Part shown: positions 42,980-53,368 of the stretch, piece after piece
Position numbering within the stretch: position 1 is the stretch's first letter
Layout of the letters: each line of letters starts with the position of its first letter
Source: Phycisphaerae bacterium
GTDB lineage: Bacteria; Planctomycetota; Phycisphaerae; UBA1845
Length of the DNA stretch: 64,000 nt
Direction of reading: 5' to 3'
NCBI GenBank assembly: GCA_035356615.1
Contig: DAOQSN010000030.1
Span: 167-64,166 of the forward strand
The notes under the pieces: model-generated
Databases searched by the model: none
Seen by the model: only the letters and a program-made list of their open reading frames with translations
What the model was told of the DNA's origin: nothing
Program-made: the position numbers and the translations under genes

Positions 42980-43969
42980 ATGTCGGCCCATCTGACAAAA
43001 GAGGCGTACAGGACGCCGGCCTCGCCCGCCGCGTCGGTCGCCCAACCGCGCGCCGGCGAGGTGATCCACCTGCTTCCCGTAGAGGACCAGGTTCTGTTGA
43101 CGCGGCTGCTTACCGAGCCGATGGAGTACGTGGACCACCCGCGGTTTGCGTTGCCGAGCGTTGAGATTGACCTTTTCGGCGCGCGAGCCGAGTTGGTCGG
43201 CGAGCAGGCGAGCCGCTTCGCGGAGCCGCCGTCGGTACTGGACCGGAACCGGGCGGCGAAGGGCGTGCCCACGCTTTCACCGGCAGACGAGCAACTGATG
43301 TTCATGCGGTTCAACTACGCTCGTCGCCAGGTGGGCCTGTTGCTGAAGCAGTGGCCGGGCAAGTCGCTGACGCTGCGTCAGGCCCGTCATGCGGTCGCCT
43401 GGGGACGGCGGGTGCTGGAGGCCCGCAGCAGCATCGTGCAGGCGAACATGCCGCTGGTGCTGGCGATGGCCAAGCGGACGCGGCTGGCGGGGATCGACTT
43501 CAGCGAGCTGATCAGCGAGGGCAACCTGGCGCTGTTGCGGAGCGTGGAGAAGTTCGATTGCGCCCGCGGCTACAAGTTCAGCACCTACTCGTGCCGGGCG
43601 ATCCTCAAGAGTTTCTCGCGGGTGGCCATGCGGGCCAGCCGATATCGCGGCTACTTCCCCACCGAGTTCGACGCCAACCGGGAGCGCAGTGACCACGTGG
43701 CCGAGAGGCGCGACGACGTGGAACGCGACTGCGTGGACGAGCTGAAGGAGATTCTGCTGCGGAACCTGGCGGGGTTGAGCGAAGTCGAGCAGACGGTGAT
43801 TCAGGAGCGTTTCGCCCTGGTGCCCAACGGCTCCGGCAAGCCGACGGCGAAGACGCTGGAGGAAGTCGGACACCTGATCGGAGTGACGAAAGAGCGGGTG
43901 CGGCAGATTCAGAACAAGGCGCTGCGGAAGATCCGCCTGACTCTGGAAGGCCGGTATCTGGCCGCGTGA
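42980..43969 (+). CDS. Sigma70-family RNA polymerase sigma factor (RpoD-like regions 2 and 4, no region 1.1)
   Basis: ANMPLVLAMAKR, ELISEGNLALLRSVEKFD..RGYKFSTY, TLEEVGHLIGVTKERVRQIQNKAL. The ORF track starts at GTG 42971. Confidence 0.9.
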   Translation: MSAHLTKEAYRTPASPAASVAQPRAGEVIHLLPVEDQVLLTRLLTEPMEYVDHPRFALPSVEIDLFGARAELVGEQASRFAEPPSVLDRNRAAKGVPTLSPADEQLMFMRFNYARRQVGLLLKQWPGKSLTLRQARHAVAWGRRVLEARSSIVQANMPLVLAMAKRTRLAGIDFSELISEGNLALLRSVEKFDCARGYKFSTYSCRAILKSFSRVAMRASRYRGYFPTEFDANRERSDHVAERRDDVERDCVDELKEILLRNLAGLSEVEQTVIQERFALVPNGSGKPTAKTLEEVGHLIGVTKERVRQIQNKALRKIRLTLEGRYLAA

Positions 43970-44174
43970 GTGCGGACCGGCCCGTCACTGCAGCCCGCGG
44001 AGACGCAGACGGCACGCAACTCTGGTGATCGCCACACTTTCCGTGGCGCGACGACGGTCCGCGAGGACGCGGGCGTCGGCCCCGGGCTCAGAAGGGTTGA
44101 CGATCATCAGTGGAAGATACCTCCCCTGACCGGCGGTGAGTGGCCGCCCGGCGCGACAGTGGTCCTATATCCGA

Positions 44175-44206
44175 GCCCCGGCGCGTGTACGTGCCGGGGC
44201 GTTCTT
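44175..44206 (+). terminator. Possible intrinsic terminator between the convergent sigma and TPR genes
   Basis: gccccggcgcg-tgta-cgtgccggggc followed by gttctt (weak U-tract). Confidence 0.4.
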
Positions 44207-44304
44207 GTATGCGCCGGCGGAGGCGAGCATCACGCCGACACCTCGCCGCGCCGGTAGCATCATGGTGCCGTCGTCAACGACCACGTCGCCCGCGGGGGGG
44301 CACG

Positions 44305-46929
44305 CTACGGGGCGGCCGGGAGTTGCGCGCGCAGGTCGTCGGCGTATGCCCGGCATGGCGGGGACGTGCTGATGGCGTCGGCGCCGAGTTCGAGCATTTG
44401 GCGTGCGATATCCACCTGCCCGCCGGCGAGCAGCAGACGGGCGGCCAGGCAGTACGTCCAGGGCAATTCAGGGCGCTGCTCCTGGGTGAAACCCAGGGCG
44501 AACAGCAATTGCCGGCGTGCTTCGGCGCCAGCGGGGCCGGTCGCGCACACGGCCTCGACGTGGGCAACGGCGTCGTCGTGGCGTCGTCCGCGCAGCGCCA
44601 CGAGGGCGAGCGTGCCGTGGGCGAGCGGCGCGGCAACGACCTCACTCAGCAGGGCGTTGGCGGCCTGGACGGCGGGGGCAGGCAGCCCGGCCAAGGCCTG
44701 GGACCAAGCCAGGTACGCGCGGGCCTCTACGCAGCCGGGGAAACGCGTCAACACGTCCGCCCACAACGCCACGCAGGGCTCGAATCGGCCATTCTCGAGG
44801 AAAGCAGCGTGATAGATGAGCGCCCGGTTGAGGGCGGCCGTCACGGCTTGCGGATCGCGCCGGAGCGCTTCTTCGTAGACGGCAAGGGCGTCGGCGGTGC
44901 GACCCAGGGTCTGATAGGCCACGCCGAGGTTGACGCGAGCGGCCGAGTGTTCCGGCATCCAGTCAAGCAGGCGTTCGAGGCGATCAGCGGCTGCTTGCGC
45001 TGCTGCGGTCGTACCGAGCCCCAGGTCCAACTCCGCGAGACCGAGGCTGGCGGGCACCTCGTAGGGGTTGCTTTGCAGTGCCTGTTCGTAGACGGCGCGG
45101 GCGTCGGCGAGGCGACCGACGCGGCGGTACAGGTCGGCAAGGCGAATGAGCACGGGGTTGTTGGTGGGCGCGAGCGTGACGGCGGTTTCGTACAGAGGCA
45201 GGGCCTCGGCGATCCGCCCGGCTTCCTCAAAAAAGTGGGCCAGGCGGTAGTACGCCAGCGGGTTGCGCGGGTCCGTGTCGAGCGCCTGGGTAAGAGCCGC
45301 CTCGGCCTCGGCCAGGCGACCGCGGCGCCATTCCGCCAGGCCGACGAGTTGATAGACCTTGCCCTCGAGAATGACGTCGGCGCGAGGCAGCTCCCGCCGG
45401 GCCAAGTCGATCGCCTGGACGTAGTACTGCTCCGCGCCCGCGGCATCGCCGGCGGTCTCGGCCGCCTTGCCCGCGTTGTAGTACGCCCAAGCCATGCGCT
45501 CGTATACCTGCGGCAGGTCGGGGTTGAGCTGCGCGATGCGCGTGGTCTTCAGAATGGCGCTGTCGTAGAACGAGCCGACGTGCCAGCTTGTGAGCAGAGC
45601 CGCAACGAGCAGGGCGAGACCGGCCACGCGCGGCACGAAGCGGCGTGCGGTCGAAGCGGCATGCTCGAACCAGCGTGCGTGGGCAGCGCGGAGCATGACG
45701 GCCGAGGCCCATAACAGACCGATAATCGGCAAGTACATGTAGCGATCGGCGGCCAGGATGTTCCGCGCGGGGACGATGGGCAGCGTCGCGGCGATGGCCG
45801 CGCAGAACCAGAGCACGCCCAAACGGACCCCGAGCCACCTCCAAGCCGCCCAGGTCAACCCGATGGCCGCGGGAACGAGCACCAGCAGCGTCGGCGTCGT
45901 GAGCAGGTCCGCCCAGTACACCACCGGCGGGGCGTGGTACCAGGCGGCCAAGCCGCGGGGCCAGACGAAGTGCTGCACGTACCACGCCAGGGAAAGCAGC
46001 ACGCGGACGACGCGAGGCCCGTGGAGGTGCTCGGCTCCGCCGGCAAACATCTCCGCCTCGGCCGTGGACCAGATGTTGACGACGGCGAAGGCACCCGTCA
46101 CCGCGGCATACACCGCCCACGCCAGCCAGAGACGGCGGGTGGACCTCGGCATGCCCGGTAGAGACCCTCTCCCCCCTGGGGGAGAGGGCAGCGTGAGGGG
46201 GGATGCCACTGCGGTCCCGCCCTCCGTCGGACGCTTCCCGGCAGGAAGGCCGAGCAGGTCGCGAATTCTCAGCCCGCGTGCCAGGGGCACCATCAGCAGG
46301 AGCACCGGCAACTCGACGCGGACTTTGCTGGCACCGCATGCTAGGACGAACAGCAGCGTCAGCCCCGCCCAGCGCCAACCGCCATGTTCCAGGAACCGAG
46401 CCCACGTCAACAGCGCTGCGACCGCGAACAGCGTCGACATGAGCATCATGCGGCCGTTGATCCAGGCGACTACTTCGACCTGCAAGGGGTGCAGAGCGAA
46501 GAGCAAACCGCCGATCAGGGCAACACGCTCATCTCGACTGAGGCAACGCAACAGGCGCCAGACCAGGACGGCGTTGGCAGCATGGAGCAGGATGTTGGTC
46601 AGGTGAAACAGCCACGCTCCGGATTGCGGGTCGCGGGGGTCGAAGAGGTCCAGGCGGTAGGCCAGCCAGAACTCGCCGGAGAAGCTCAGCAGCGGCAGCG
46701 GCTGGTACAGGTCGCGGTGAACGATCTTGAACAGCGCCAGGGCGTGCGACCAGGACGGGTGGTTGACCAGCACGTGGTTGAGGGCGAGTTGGTAGTCGTC
46801 CCCGCCGACGAAGCCGCCGCCGATGGTGGGCAACCCCATCGCCAGAGCGGCCAGGCCCACGACCAGGCCCGCAGGGCGCAGAAAGCGCGGAGGAGTGCAG
46901 GCGTTACGTTTTGGCGTTACACCGGTCAT
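44305..46929 (-). CDS. TMTC-like membrane protein (GT-C-type protein O-mannosyltransferase family N-terminus) with C-terminal TPR repeats
   Basis: GGDDYQ, YQPLPLLSF, FHLTNILLHAAN, FALHPLQVEVVAWINGR, AADRYMYLP, followed by multiple TPRs. Confidence 0.85.
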   Translation of the reverse strand: MTGVTPKRNACTPPRFLRPAGLVVGLAALAMGLPTIGGGFVGGDDYQLALNHVLVNHPSWSHALALFKIVHRDLYQPLPLLSFSGEFWLAYRLDLFDPRDPQSGAWLFHLTNILLHAANAVLVWRLLRCLSRDERVALIGGLLFALHPLQVEVVAWINGRMMLMSTLFAVAALLTWARFLEHGGWRWAGLTLLFVLACGASKVRVELPVLLLMVPLARGLRIRDLLGLPAGKRPTEGGTAVASPLTLPSPPGGRGSLPGMPRSTRRLWLAWAVYAAVTGAFAVVNIWSTAEAEMFAGGAEHLHGPRVVRVLLSLAWYVQHFVWPRGLAAWYHAPPVVYWADLLTTPTLLVLVPAAIGLTWAAWRWLGVRLGVLWFCAAIAATLPIVPARNILAADRYMYLPIIGLLWASAVMLRAAHARWFEHAASTARRFVPRVAGLALLVAALLTSWHVGSFYDSAILKTTRIAQLNPDLPQVYERMAWAYYNAGKAAETAGDAAGAEQYYVQAIDLARRELPRADVILEGKVYQLVGLAEWRRGRLAEAEAALTQALDTDPRNPLAYYRLAHFFEEAGRIAEALPLYETAVTLAPTNNPVLIRLADLYRRVGRLADARAVYEQALQSNPYEVPASLGLAELDLGLGTTAAAQAAADRLERLLDWMPEHSAARVNLGVAYQTLGRTADALAVYEEALRRDPQAVTAALNRALIYHAAFLENGRFEPCVALWADVLTRFPGCVEARAYLAWSQALAGLPAPAVQAANALLSEVVAAPLAHGTLALVALRGRRHDDAVAHVEAVCATGPAGAEARRQLLFALGFTQEQRPELPWTYCLAARLLLAGGQVDIARQMLELGADAISTSPPCRAYADDLRAQLPAAP
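46165..46202 (-). repeat. CCCTCACCC palindromic element, in frame inside the TMTC-like gene
   Basis: Minus strand ccccctcacgctgccctctcccccaggggggagaggg encodes PLTLPSPPGGRG; 10-11 bp stem. Confidence 0.88.
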
Positions 46930-47441
46930 GGGACAATCTCGCGGCCCCGCTCCGTTGCCGGCCGGTCGCGCGCCACCGCCGTCACGGGTACGCCGGGCAT
47001 TGTACCCGCAGCGACGAGGGTGGGCACGGAACCGCGTGCAGCCGGGTGTGGCTGGCCATGCTGAATGGGTCCACGCAAATGGGAAACCGGGAGGGCGATC
47101 TCGCAGCAGCGGGCCGGCGCCGGTTCCTCGACAGGCCGGGCCGTCGACACGCTTCAACTCTCGAGTGGGGCCGGGACATGGGGTCGGGGGTGCGTACGAG
47201 TCTTGGAGCCGGGCGTGCGAGGGATACAGGGCACCCCTCTGACCACCGGCCAGCGCGGGCCGGCGCCCACGGCGTTGAACAGCGACGGACGCGAAGGTCG
47301 CAGGATATCGGAACGCTGAATGACCCTGCAGGATTCCGCGACGCAATCAGACTACGGGCCTGCTCCGCTTGCTGCCGAGTGTCAAAGGCAGCCCGCGCGG
47401 TGCGGCGAGACCGTCATGGTCGCACCGCGGCGCACGGTCGT

Positions 47442-47732
47442 TCAGGTTCCGCTGTACGGCAACAGGGCAAGATAGCGGGCGCGCTTGATGGCCCGCTTGA
47501 GGGCTTCCTGCTCCTGGGCGCTGGTGCCGGCGCGCTTGCGCGACATCAGCTTGCTGCTGGTGGTGAGGAACTTGCGCAGCAGATCGAGCTCCTTGTAGTC
47601 AATCGGGCAGAAGCTCACGCGCTCATGCAAACCCCGGCGGAAGCGCTGCCCGCCTGCCCGAACGCCACGTGCGCGCCCCTGCGCGTCGGCAACGGCCACC
47701 TGCCCAACCAGTTCGCTCTCTACGTCAGCCAT
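47442..47732 (-). CDS. rpsR: 30S ribosomal protein bS18
   Basis: IDYKELDLLRKFL...KLMSRKRAGT...LKRAIKRARYLALLPY. Confidence 0.88.
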   Translation of the reverse strand: MADVESELVGQVAVADAQGRARGVRAGGQRFRRGLHERVSFCPIDYKELDLLRKFLTTSSKLMSRKRAGTSAQEQEALKRAIKRARYLALLPYSGT

Positions 47733-47769
47733 GAGGTTTCCTCTAAGCACGGCCGGTTGCCGCCCGCGC

Positions 47770-48000
47770 TTAAGTTTGCGGCGATCGCCCGCGTCGCGCC
47801 CGTGCCAGCACCCGCTCCAACTCCATTCGTTCCACGTCCTGGGCCTCCTCGATCAACAGGACCGGGATGCCGTCGCGAATCGGGTACCGCCGGGGCGCAT
47901 TCATGTCCATCGAGTACAGCCAGTCGCCCTCCTGCACAAGCGGCACCCGCGCAATCGGGCAGCGGAGGATGCCCAGCAACTCGGGGTCGATTCCTGCCAT
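47770..48000 (-). CDS. Trm112-like (UPF0434) protein
   Basis: [12 protein letters not shown]...[16 protein letters not shown]. Confidence 0.85.
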   Translation of the reverse strand: MAGIDPELLGILRCPIARVPLVQEGDWLYSMDMNAPRRYPIRDGIPVLLIEEAQDVERMELERVLARARRGRSPQT

Positions 48001-48202
48001 CGCCTGCACGCCTGTGTGCCCATCCCGCGGCCGGCGGGTCTTGCCCGATCCGCCTGCCGGAGCCCCGCATATTACAGCCGCCCGGTCGGGCCGGCAAGGG
48101 GGCGGTTTGACGCTCCGCTGCAGGACCTCTACAGTCCGTAGGACGCCGGCGGCCGGCCGGCGTGTGCACTCTGCCTCGGGACCCTGCAACGAGGATCACC
48201 GC

Positions 48203-50923
48203 ATGATGACCCGCCAACGCGACTCGAACCCATTTGGCGCCAGCCGCACGCTGCGTACCGCGGGCGGGAATCTGCTCGTATACAGCCTACCTGCCTTGGC
48301 TGACGCCGGCATCATCCGGGCCCCTGATCTCCCACGTTCGATCCTGGTTCTCCTGGAGAGCGTCATCCGCAACTTGAATATTGCCAGTGTCACGGAGAGT
48401 GATGTACGGAATCTGGCGAGTTGGGACGCTCGCGCGGTGCCGGCGACCGAGGTGCCCTTCCTGCCTGCCCGGGTGTTGCTCCAGGACTTCACTGGGGTAC
48501 CGGCCGTCGTGGACCTGGCGGCCATGCGGGACGCCATGACTGAGCTCGGCGGCGACCCTCGGCGCATCAACCCGCTGGTTCCCGTGGACCTAGTGATCGA
48601 CCACTCGGTTCAAGTAGACGCGTTCGGTAGTGCAGAGGCATTAGGCATCAACACGGACCTGGAGTTTGTCCGCAACGCGGAGCGGTACGAACTGCTGCGC
48701 TGGGGCCAGCGCGCGCTGCGCAACTTCCGTGTCGTCCCGCCCGGTATGGGTATCTGCCACCAGGTCAACCTCGAGTACCTCGCGGCTGTGGTGGTCAACC
48801 GGGAAGTCGAGGGGAGGCGCGTGGCGTTTCCGGACACCCTGGTGGGGACGGACAGCCACACCACGATGGTCAACGGCTTGGGGGTGGTCGGGTGGGGCGT
48901 GGGGGGCATCGAGGCCGAGGCGGTCATGCTCGGCCAGCCGCTGTACATGCTGATGCCCGAGGTCGTCGGCTTCCGCCTTACCGGTCAGCTTCCGGAGGGC
49001 GCCACCGCCACCGATCTGGTGCTGACCGTCACCCAGATGCTGCGTCTACAGGGTGTCGTGGGCAAGTTTGTCGAGTTCTACGGTTCCGGCCTTTCCAGCA
49101 TGAGCCTCGCTGACCGGGCAACCATTGCCAACATGGCGCCGGAGTACGGCGCGACGCTGGGCTTCTTCCCGGTCGACGCGGAGACGCTGGACTACTTGCG
49201 CCGGACCGGGCGGCCCGCGGAGCAGGTGGACTTGGTCGAGCGTTACACGAAGGAGCAGGGGCTCTTCCGGACGGACGCTGACCCCGACCCGCAATTCAGC
49301 GACACCCTGGACCTGGACCTGGCGACCGTGCAGCCAAGCCTGGCCGGTCCGAAACGGCCTCAGGATCGCGTCCTTCTCCGCGAGATGAAGAAGTCTTTCT
49401 CGACGGCCCTGCGCGCCCCGCTGAGTGAACGCGGTTTCGCGCTGAAGGAGCAGGAACTCACGCACGAGGGCACGATAACGACCGCCGGGAAGTCCGCAAC
49501 CGTTGGGCACGGCACGGTCGTGATCGCGGCGATTACGAGCTGTACGAACACGTCGAACCCGGCGGTGATGCTGGCGGCCGGGTTGCTGGCCAAGAAGGCA
49601 TGCGCGCGCGGCTTGCGCGTCAAGCCGCACGTGAAGACGAGCCTGGCCCCCGGCTCGCCGGTCGTCAGCCAGTACCTGCGTGAGGCGGGGCTGACGCCGT
49701 ACCTGGAACAACTCGGCTTCCACCACGTCGGCTACGGCTGCACGACCTGCATCGGCAACAGCGGTCCGCTGCCGGAGCCGGTGGCGGAGGCGATTCGGCA
49801 GCATGACCTCGTGGTGGCGGCCGTGCTGAGCGGCAACCGCAACTTCGAGGGGCGCATTCATCCGCTCGTGCGTGCCAACTACCTGGCCTCGCCGCCGCTG
49901 GTGGTCGCGTATGCGCTGGCGGGCACCGTCCATATCGACCTCACCACGGAGCCGCTGGGCACGGACGAGCGGGGCCGACCCGTGTACCTGCATGACGTCT
50001 GGCCCCGCCAGGCGGAGGTCCACGAGGCGGTCAACCGTTTCGTCAAGCCCGAGCAGTTCCACACCCAGTATGCGCACGTCTTCTCGGGCAGCGCTGCCTG
50101 GCAGCGCCTGCGGTGCCCCTCGGGTGACACCTACGCCTGGGATGCCGCGAGCACCTACGTGCAGAAGCCGCCGTTTTTCGAGGGGCTGAGGCGGGAGGCG
50201 GCTGCTCCGACGCCCATCTGCGGGGCACGGGTGCTGGTGATGCTGGGCGATTCGGTGACGACGGACCACATCTCGCCCGCCGGCTCGATCCACCCGGATT
50301 CCCCGGCCGGGCAGTACTTGCAGGAACACGGCGTAACGCCGGGCAACTTCAACAGCTACGGCGCCCGGCGTGGCAACGATCGCGTGATGACCCGCGGCAC
50401 CTTCGCCAACATCCGTTTGCGGAACCTGCTGGTGCCTGGCAGCGAGGGCGGCGTCACGGTGCACCTGCCGTCCGGCACGCAGATGTCCGTCTTCGATGCC
50501 GCCCAGCGCTACCGCGCGGAGGGCACGCCGCTGCTGGTTGTGGCCGGTAAGGAGTACGGCACCGGCTCCTCCCGTGACTGGGCGGCCAAGGGTACGCTGC
50601 TGCTCGGCGTGCGCGCCGTGCTCGCGGAAAGCTACGAACGCATCCACCGCAGCAACCTGGTGGGGATGGGCGTGCTGCCCCTGCAATTCCGCGCGGGACA
50701 GGACCGGGCGTCGCTAGGCATCACGGGGCGCGAGCTGTTTGACGTACCTCCGATCAGCGAGGACTTCCGGCCGCGCCAGGAGTTGCAGCTCATCGTCACC
50801 GATCCGCGGACCGGCGTCAGCCGCAAGGTGGCCTGTCAATGCCGGTTGGATACGCCCGTGGAAGTGGACTATTACCGCCAGGGTGGGATTCTCCCCGCGG
50901 TGCTGCGCCGCCTGCTCGCGTAG
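48203..50923 (+). CDS. acnA: Aconitate hydratase AcnA
   Basis: [82 protein letters not shown]. Confidence 0.97.
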   Translation: MMTRQRDSNPFGASRTLRTAGGNLLVYSLPALADAGIIRAPDLPRSILVLLESVIRNLNIASVTESDVRNLASWDARAVPATEVPFLPARVLLQDFTGVPAVVDLAAMRDAMTELGGDPRRINPLVPVDLVIDHSVQVDAFGSAEALGINTDLEFVRNAERYELLRWGQRALRNFRVVPPGMGICHQVNLEYLAAVVVNREVEGRRVAFPDTLVGTDSHTTMVNGLGVVGWGVGGIEAEAVMLGQPLYMLMPEVVGFRLTGQLPEGATATDLVLTVTQMLRLQGVVGKFVEFYGSGLSSMSLADRATIANMAPEYGATLGFFPVDAETLDYLRRTGRPAEQVDLVERYTKEQGLFRTDADPDPQFSDTLDLDLATVQPSLAGPKRPQDRVLLREMKKSFSTALRAPLSERGFALKEQELTHEGTITTAGKSATVGHGTVVIAAITSCTNTSNPAVMLAAGLLAKKACARGLRVKPHVKTSLAPGSPVVSQYLREAGLTPYLEQLGFHHVGYGCTTCIGNSGPLPEPVAEAIRQHDLVVAAVLSGNRNFEGRIHPLVRANYLASPPLVVAYALAGTVHIDLTTEPLGTDERGRPVYLHDVWPRQAEVHEAVNRFVKPEQFHTQYAHVFSGSAAWQRLRCPSGDTYAWDAASTYVQKPPFFEGLRREAAAPTPICGARVLVMLGDSVTTDHISPAGSIHPDSPAGQYLQEHGVTPGNFNSYGARRGNDRVMTRGTFANIRLRNLLVPGSEGGVTVHLPSGTQMSVFDAAQRYRAEGTPLLVVAGKEYGTGSSRDWAAKGTLLLGVRAVLAESYERIHRSNLVGMGVLPLQFRAGQDRASLGITGRELFDVPPISEDFRPRQELQLIVTDPRTGVSRKVACQCRLDTPVEVDYYRQGGILPAVLRRLLA

Positions 50924-51006
50924 GGCGGGCTCTGCCCGCCGCGAGGGCCGACCACGACAAGGCGGGTGGAACCCGCCCAACGGGTCGATGTCGCGGAAGG
51001 GCGGCG

Positions 51007-52584
51007 TTACGACGCCGCGGGAGCGGAGGGCGGCTGCTCGTCCAGCCAGGACAGGGCGGCCGCGACGACCGTCGGGTCGAACTGGGTGCCCGCGCCGGCC
51101 TCCAATTCCGCCTGGACGCGTTCCTTCGGATAGGGTGGCTTGTAGCAGCGGCCGGAGAGCATAGCGTCGAGGGCGTCGGCGGTGGCCAGCACGCGTGCAC
51201 CGAAGGGGATTTCCTCGCGCGCCAGGCCGTCGGGGTAGCCGCCGCCGTCGTAGCGTTCGTGGTGGTGATGGATGAGCGGCAGCTCGTCGTTCAGGAAGCG
51301 CAGGTGCCCGAGGATGTCGAGCGCGGTACGCGGATGACGCTGGATCAGTTGTCGCTCCGGAGGAGTAAGAAGCCCAGGCTTGGTCAGCACCGCATCGGGC
51401 ACGCCGATCTTGCCCAGGTCATGCAGGAAGCCGGCCACGCGCAGACTCTCCACGCGCGCGGCCGGCAGCCCCAGGCGACGGCCCAGCGTTTCCGCATAGG
51501 CGGCCACGTTCTGGGAGTGCATGCGCGTGTACGGGTCTTTCGCCTCGACGGCCGCCACCAGCGCCTGCGTGGATTCGAGGTAGGTGCAGCGCAACTGCTC
51601 GCCGATGCGGTCCACCCAGTGCGGCACGCCCTCCAGGCGTGCTTGGCGCAGATCGGTGCTGGACGGCATGCCGGCGACGAGTTGGGACCACGAGCCCATG
51701 CGGTTGCCACCGGCGCGCTTGACGCAATCCAGCGTGACGCGGGCCCGGCGGATCAACTGGTGCTCGGTCTCCACGAAGCCGCGCGAGCTTTCCACGATGG
51801 CCAGGCTGACTCCGATCTCAAAGGGCGTGCCGTCGCGGACGGGGAAATTGCGTTGCATGGCGGCCCGGCAGCGCTGTCCCCACTCGCGGGCGTCCTGCTC
51901 CCGGGCACAGGGCAGCACCACCAGGAACCGATCGGCCTCATAGCGTGCCACCAGATCGGAGCTGCGCGAGGTGGCCAGCAGGATCGCGGCGAACCAGTTG
52001 AGCACCTCGTCGCCGAAAGCGCTGGAGTAGCGTTCATTGCACTCGCGGAAGTGGTTCAGGTCCAGCATCATGACGGCCAGAGTCTGCCCCAGCAGATGGC
52101 AGCGGCTCCGCCACGCGGCAAGCTGCTGGAGCAGGTCACTGTAGCGTGCCAACCCGGCCAGTCCCTGGCCACGCGGGCCGCACGCGTCGCGTGGCGCGGT
52201 CGGCCCGGTCCCGGCCGCCAATGCCTCCCGTATGCTCTGCCGTAGCGCCCGGCGGTCCAACGGCTCCTCCAGACAGTCCCAGGCACCCGCGCGCAAGGCG
52301 GCCCGCGTGCCGCGCACGTCCCCGGTTGGGGTCAGCACGATGAAGGGAACCGCGGAAGTGAGCGTCTGCCAGGCTTCCTGCCCGTCTGGCGGAACGGGGT
52401 CCGCCAGGGCATTCGTCGCCACGACCACCACCCGTACGGTTATCGCCCGCAGGGCGGCCCGTGCCTCCGGCCACGAAGCGACCGCGACCTGGCGGAGGCC
52501 CTCCGCGCTCAGGGCATTGGCGATCTGCTCCCGGGTACCCGGGTCGCCGTGTACTGCGAGCCCATTCGCCATGATGTTTCGCAT
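51007..52584 (-). CDS. Pseudo-receiver + degenerate GGDEF + HD-GYP cyclic-dinucleotide phosphodiesterase
   Basis: RSSDLVARYEADRF in place of the GGDEF motif; LHDLGKIG and HHHERYDGGGYPDGL intact. Confidence 0.88.
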   Translation of the reverse strand: MRNIMANGLAVHGDPGTREQIANALSAEGLRQVAVASWPEARAALRAITVRVVVVATNALADPVPPDGQEAWQTLTSAVPFIVLTPTGDVRGTRAALRAGAWDCLEEPLDRRALRQSIREALAAGTGPTAPRDACGPRGQGLAGLARYSDLLQQLAAWRSRCHLLGQTLAVMMLDLNHFRECNERYSSAFGDEVLNWFAAILLATSRSSDLVARYEADRFLVVLPCAREQDAREWGQRCRAAMQRNFPVRDGTPFEIGVSLAIVESSRGFVETEHQLIRRARVTLDCVKRAGGNRMGSWSQLVAGMPSSTDLRQARLEGVPHWVDRIGEQLRCTYLESTQALVAAVEAKDPYTRMHSQNVAAYAETLGRRLGLPAARVESLRVAGFLHDLGKIGVPDAVLTKPGLLTPPERQLIQRHPRTALDILGHLRFLNDELPLIHHHHERYDGGGYPDGLAREEIPFGARVLATADALDAMLSGRCYKPPYPKERVQAELEAGAGTQFDPTVVAAALSWLDEQPPSAPAAS

Positions 52585-53032
52585 GAGGCGTCTACCCGGC
52601 CCCGGTCCCCAAGGATCGCAGGTCTACCGCTGCTATCGTCGCGGGTGCGCGGTGACTTAATCGGCGCGCGGGGCGGCCGCGCGTCCGTTTTCACCGTCCC
52701 GCCCAGCGTCCAAGCGGTCTTCGTTCTTCGCAGACCATGGTGGGCCAGACCCGATATCAGCGCCCCTTCTCGGACGCCGCCGGGCCCTACGATCCTGTAA
52801 CGAAGTGACACGACGGTGACACTTAGGGTGCGTCCGTCGGCGGACGGCGCGCCTGCCGAGAACGCCAAGCGACGCGGTTGCCCACCGGTGGAACCAGGAC
52901 GGGTCTGAGAAGCAGGGGATGCATTCACGAAGGTGGGCCTTCCCGCGGACGAGACGCCCAGTACGCGTCGGGCGTCCTCCGCGTGGCGGGCGAGCACGTT
53001 CGTACCCCACCGGAGTGCCTTCGCCTGCGCCG

Positions 53033-53066
53033 CCCTCACCCCTGCCCCTCTCCCGGGGGAGAGGGG
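53033..53066 (+). repeat. CCCTCACCC palindromic element, intergenic
   Basis: ccctcacccctgcccctctcccgggggagagggg. Confidence 0.9.
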
Positions 53067-53098
53067 TCGCGCGTCGTCTGCCTGAGCCGGCCCGCGGG

Positions 53099-53368
53099 TC
53101 AGCCCAGCGGTCGGGCGAGCAGTTGGCGGCGGCAGGCGTCGCAGAGGTCGAAGCGCAGGCAGCGGTAGGTCTGGTCCTCCACCTCGTCGGGGTTGGCGCG
53201 GGCGAGCTGCTCGATGACTTCCTTGAGTGCGGCGTCGGCATCGACCGTCTGTTCGGGGTCGAGTTCGATGTGACCGGCGGCGGCGTAGACCTCGATCTTG
53301 ACGATGAAGCGGCGCGGGTCGTTCGCGTGGAGGGGGGCGCCGCACTTGTCACATTCATAGCGGATCAT
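53099..53368 (-). CDS. Small hypothetical protein with two CxxC motifs (putative Zn-binding)
   Basis: CDKC near the N-terminus, CDAC near the C-terminus; ATGA overlap with the trpD stop. Confidence 0.8.
   Translation of the reverse strand: MIRYECDKCGAPLHANDPRRFIVKIEVYAAAGHIELDPEQTVDADAALKEVIEQLARANPDEVEDQTYRCLRFDLCDACRRQLLARPLG

Noticed and set aside
46930-47346. 139-aa N-terminal extension of the TPR ORF in the track
   Set aside because: It is low-complexity and upstream of a TACAAT -10-like box near 47000. The TMTC-like homology starts after Met 46929.
52860-52950. Possible c-di-GMP or TPP riboswitch upstream of the HD-GYP gene (contains ctgaga and a small hairpin)
   Set aside because: ctgaga is on the opposite strand to the gene, and the GEMM (GGCAAAC/GCAAAG) and other conserved cores are absent.
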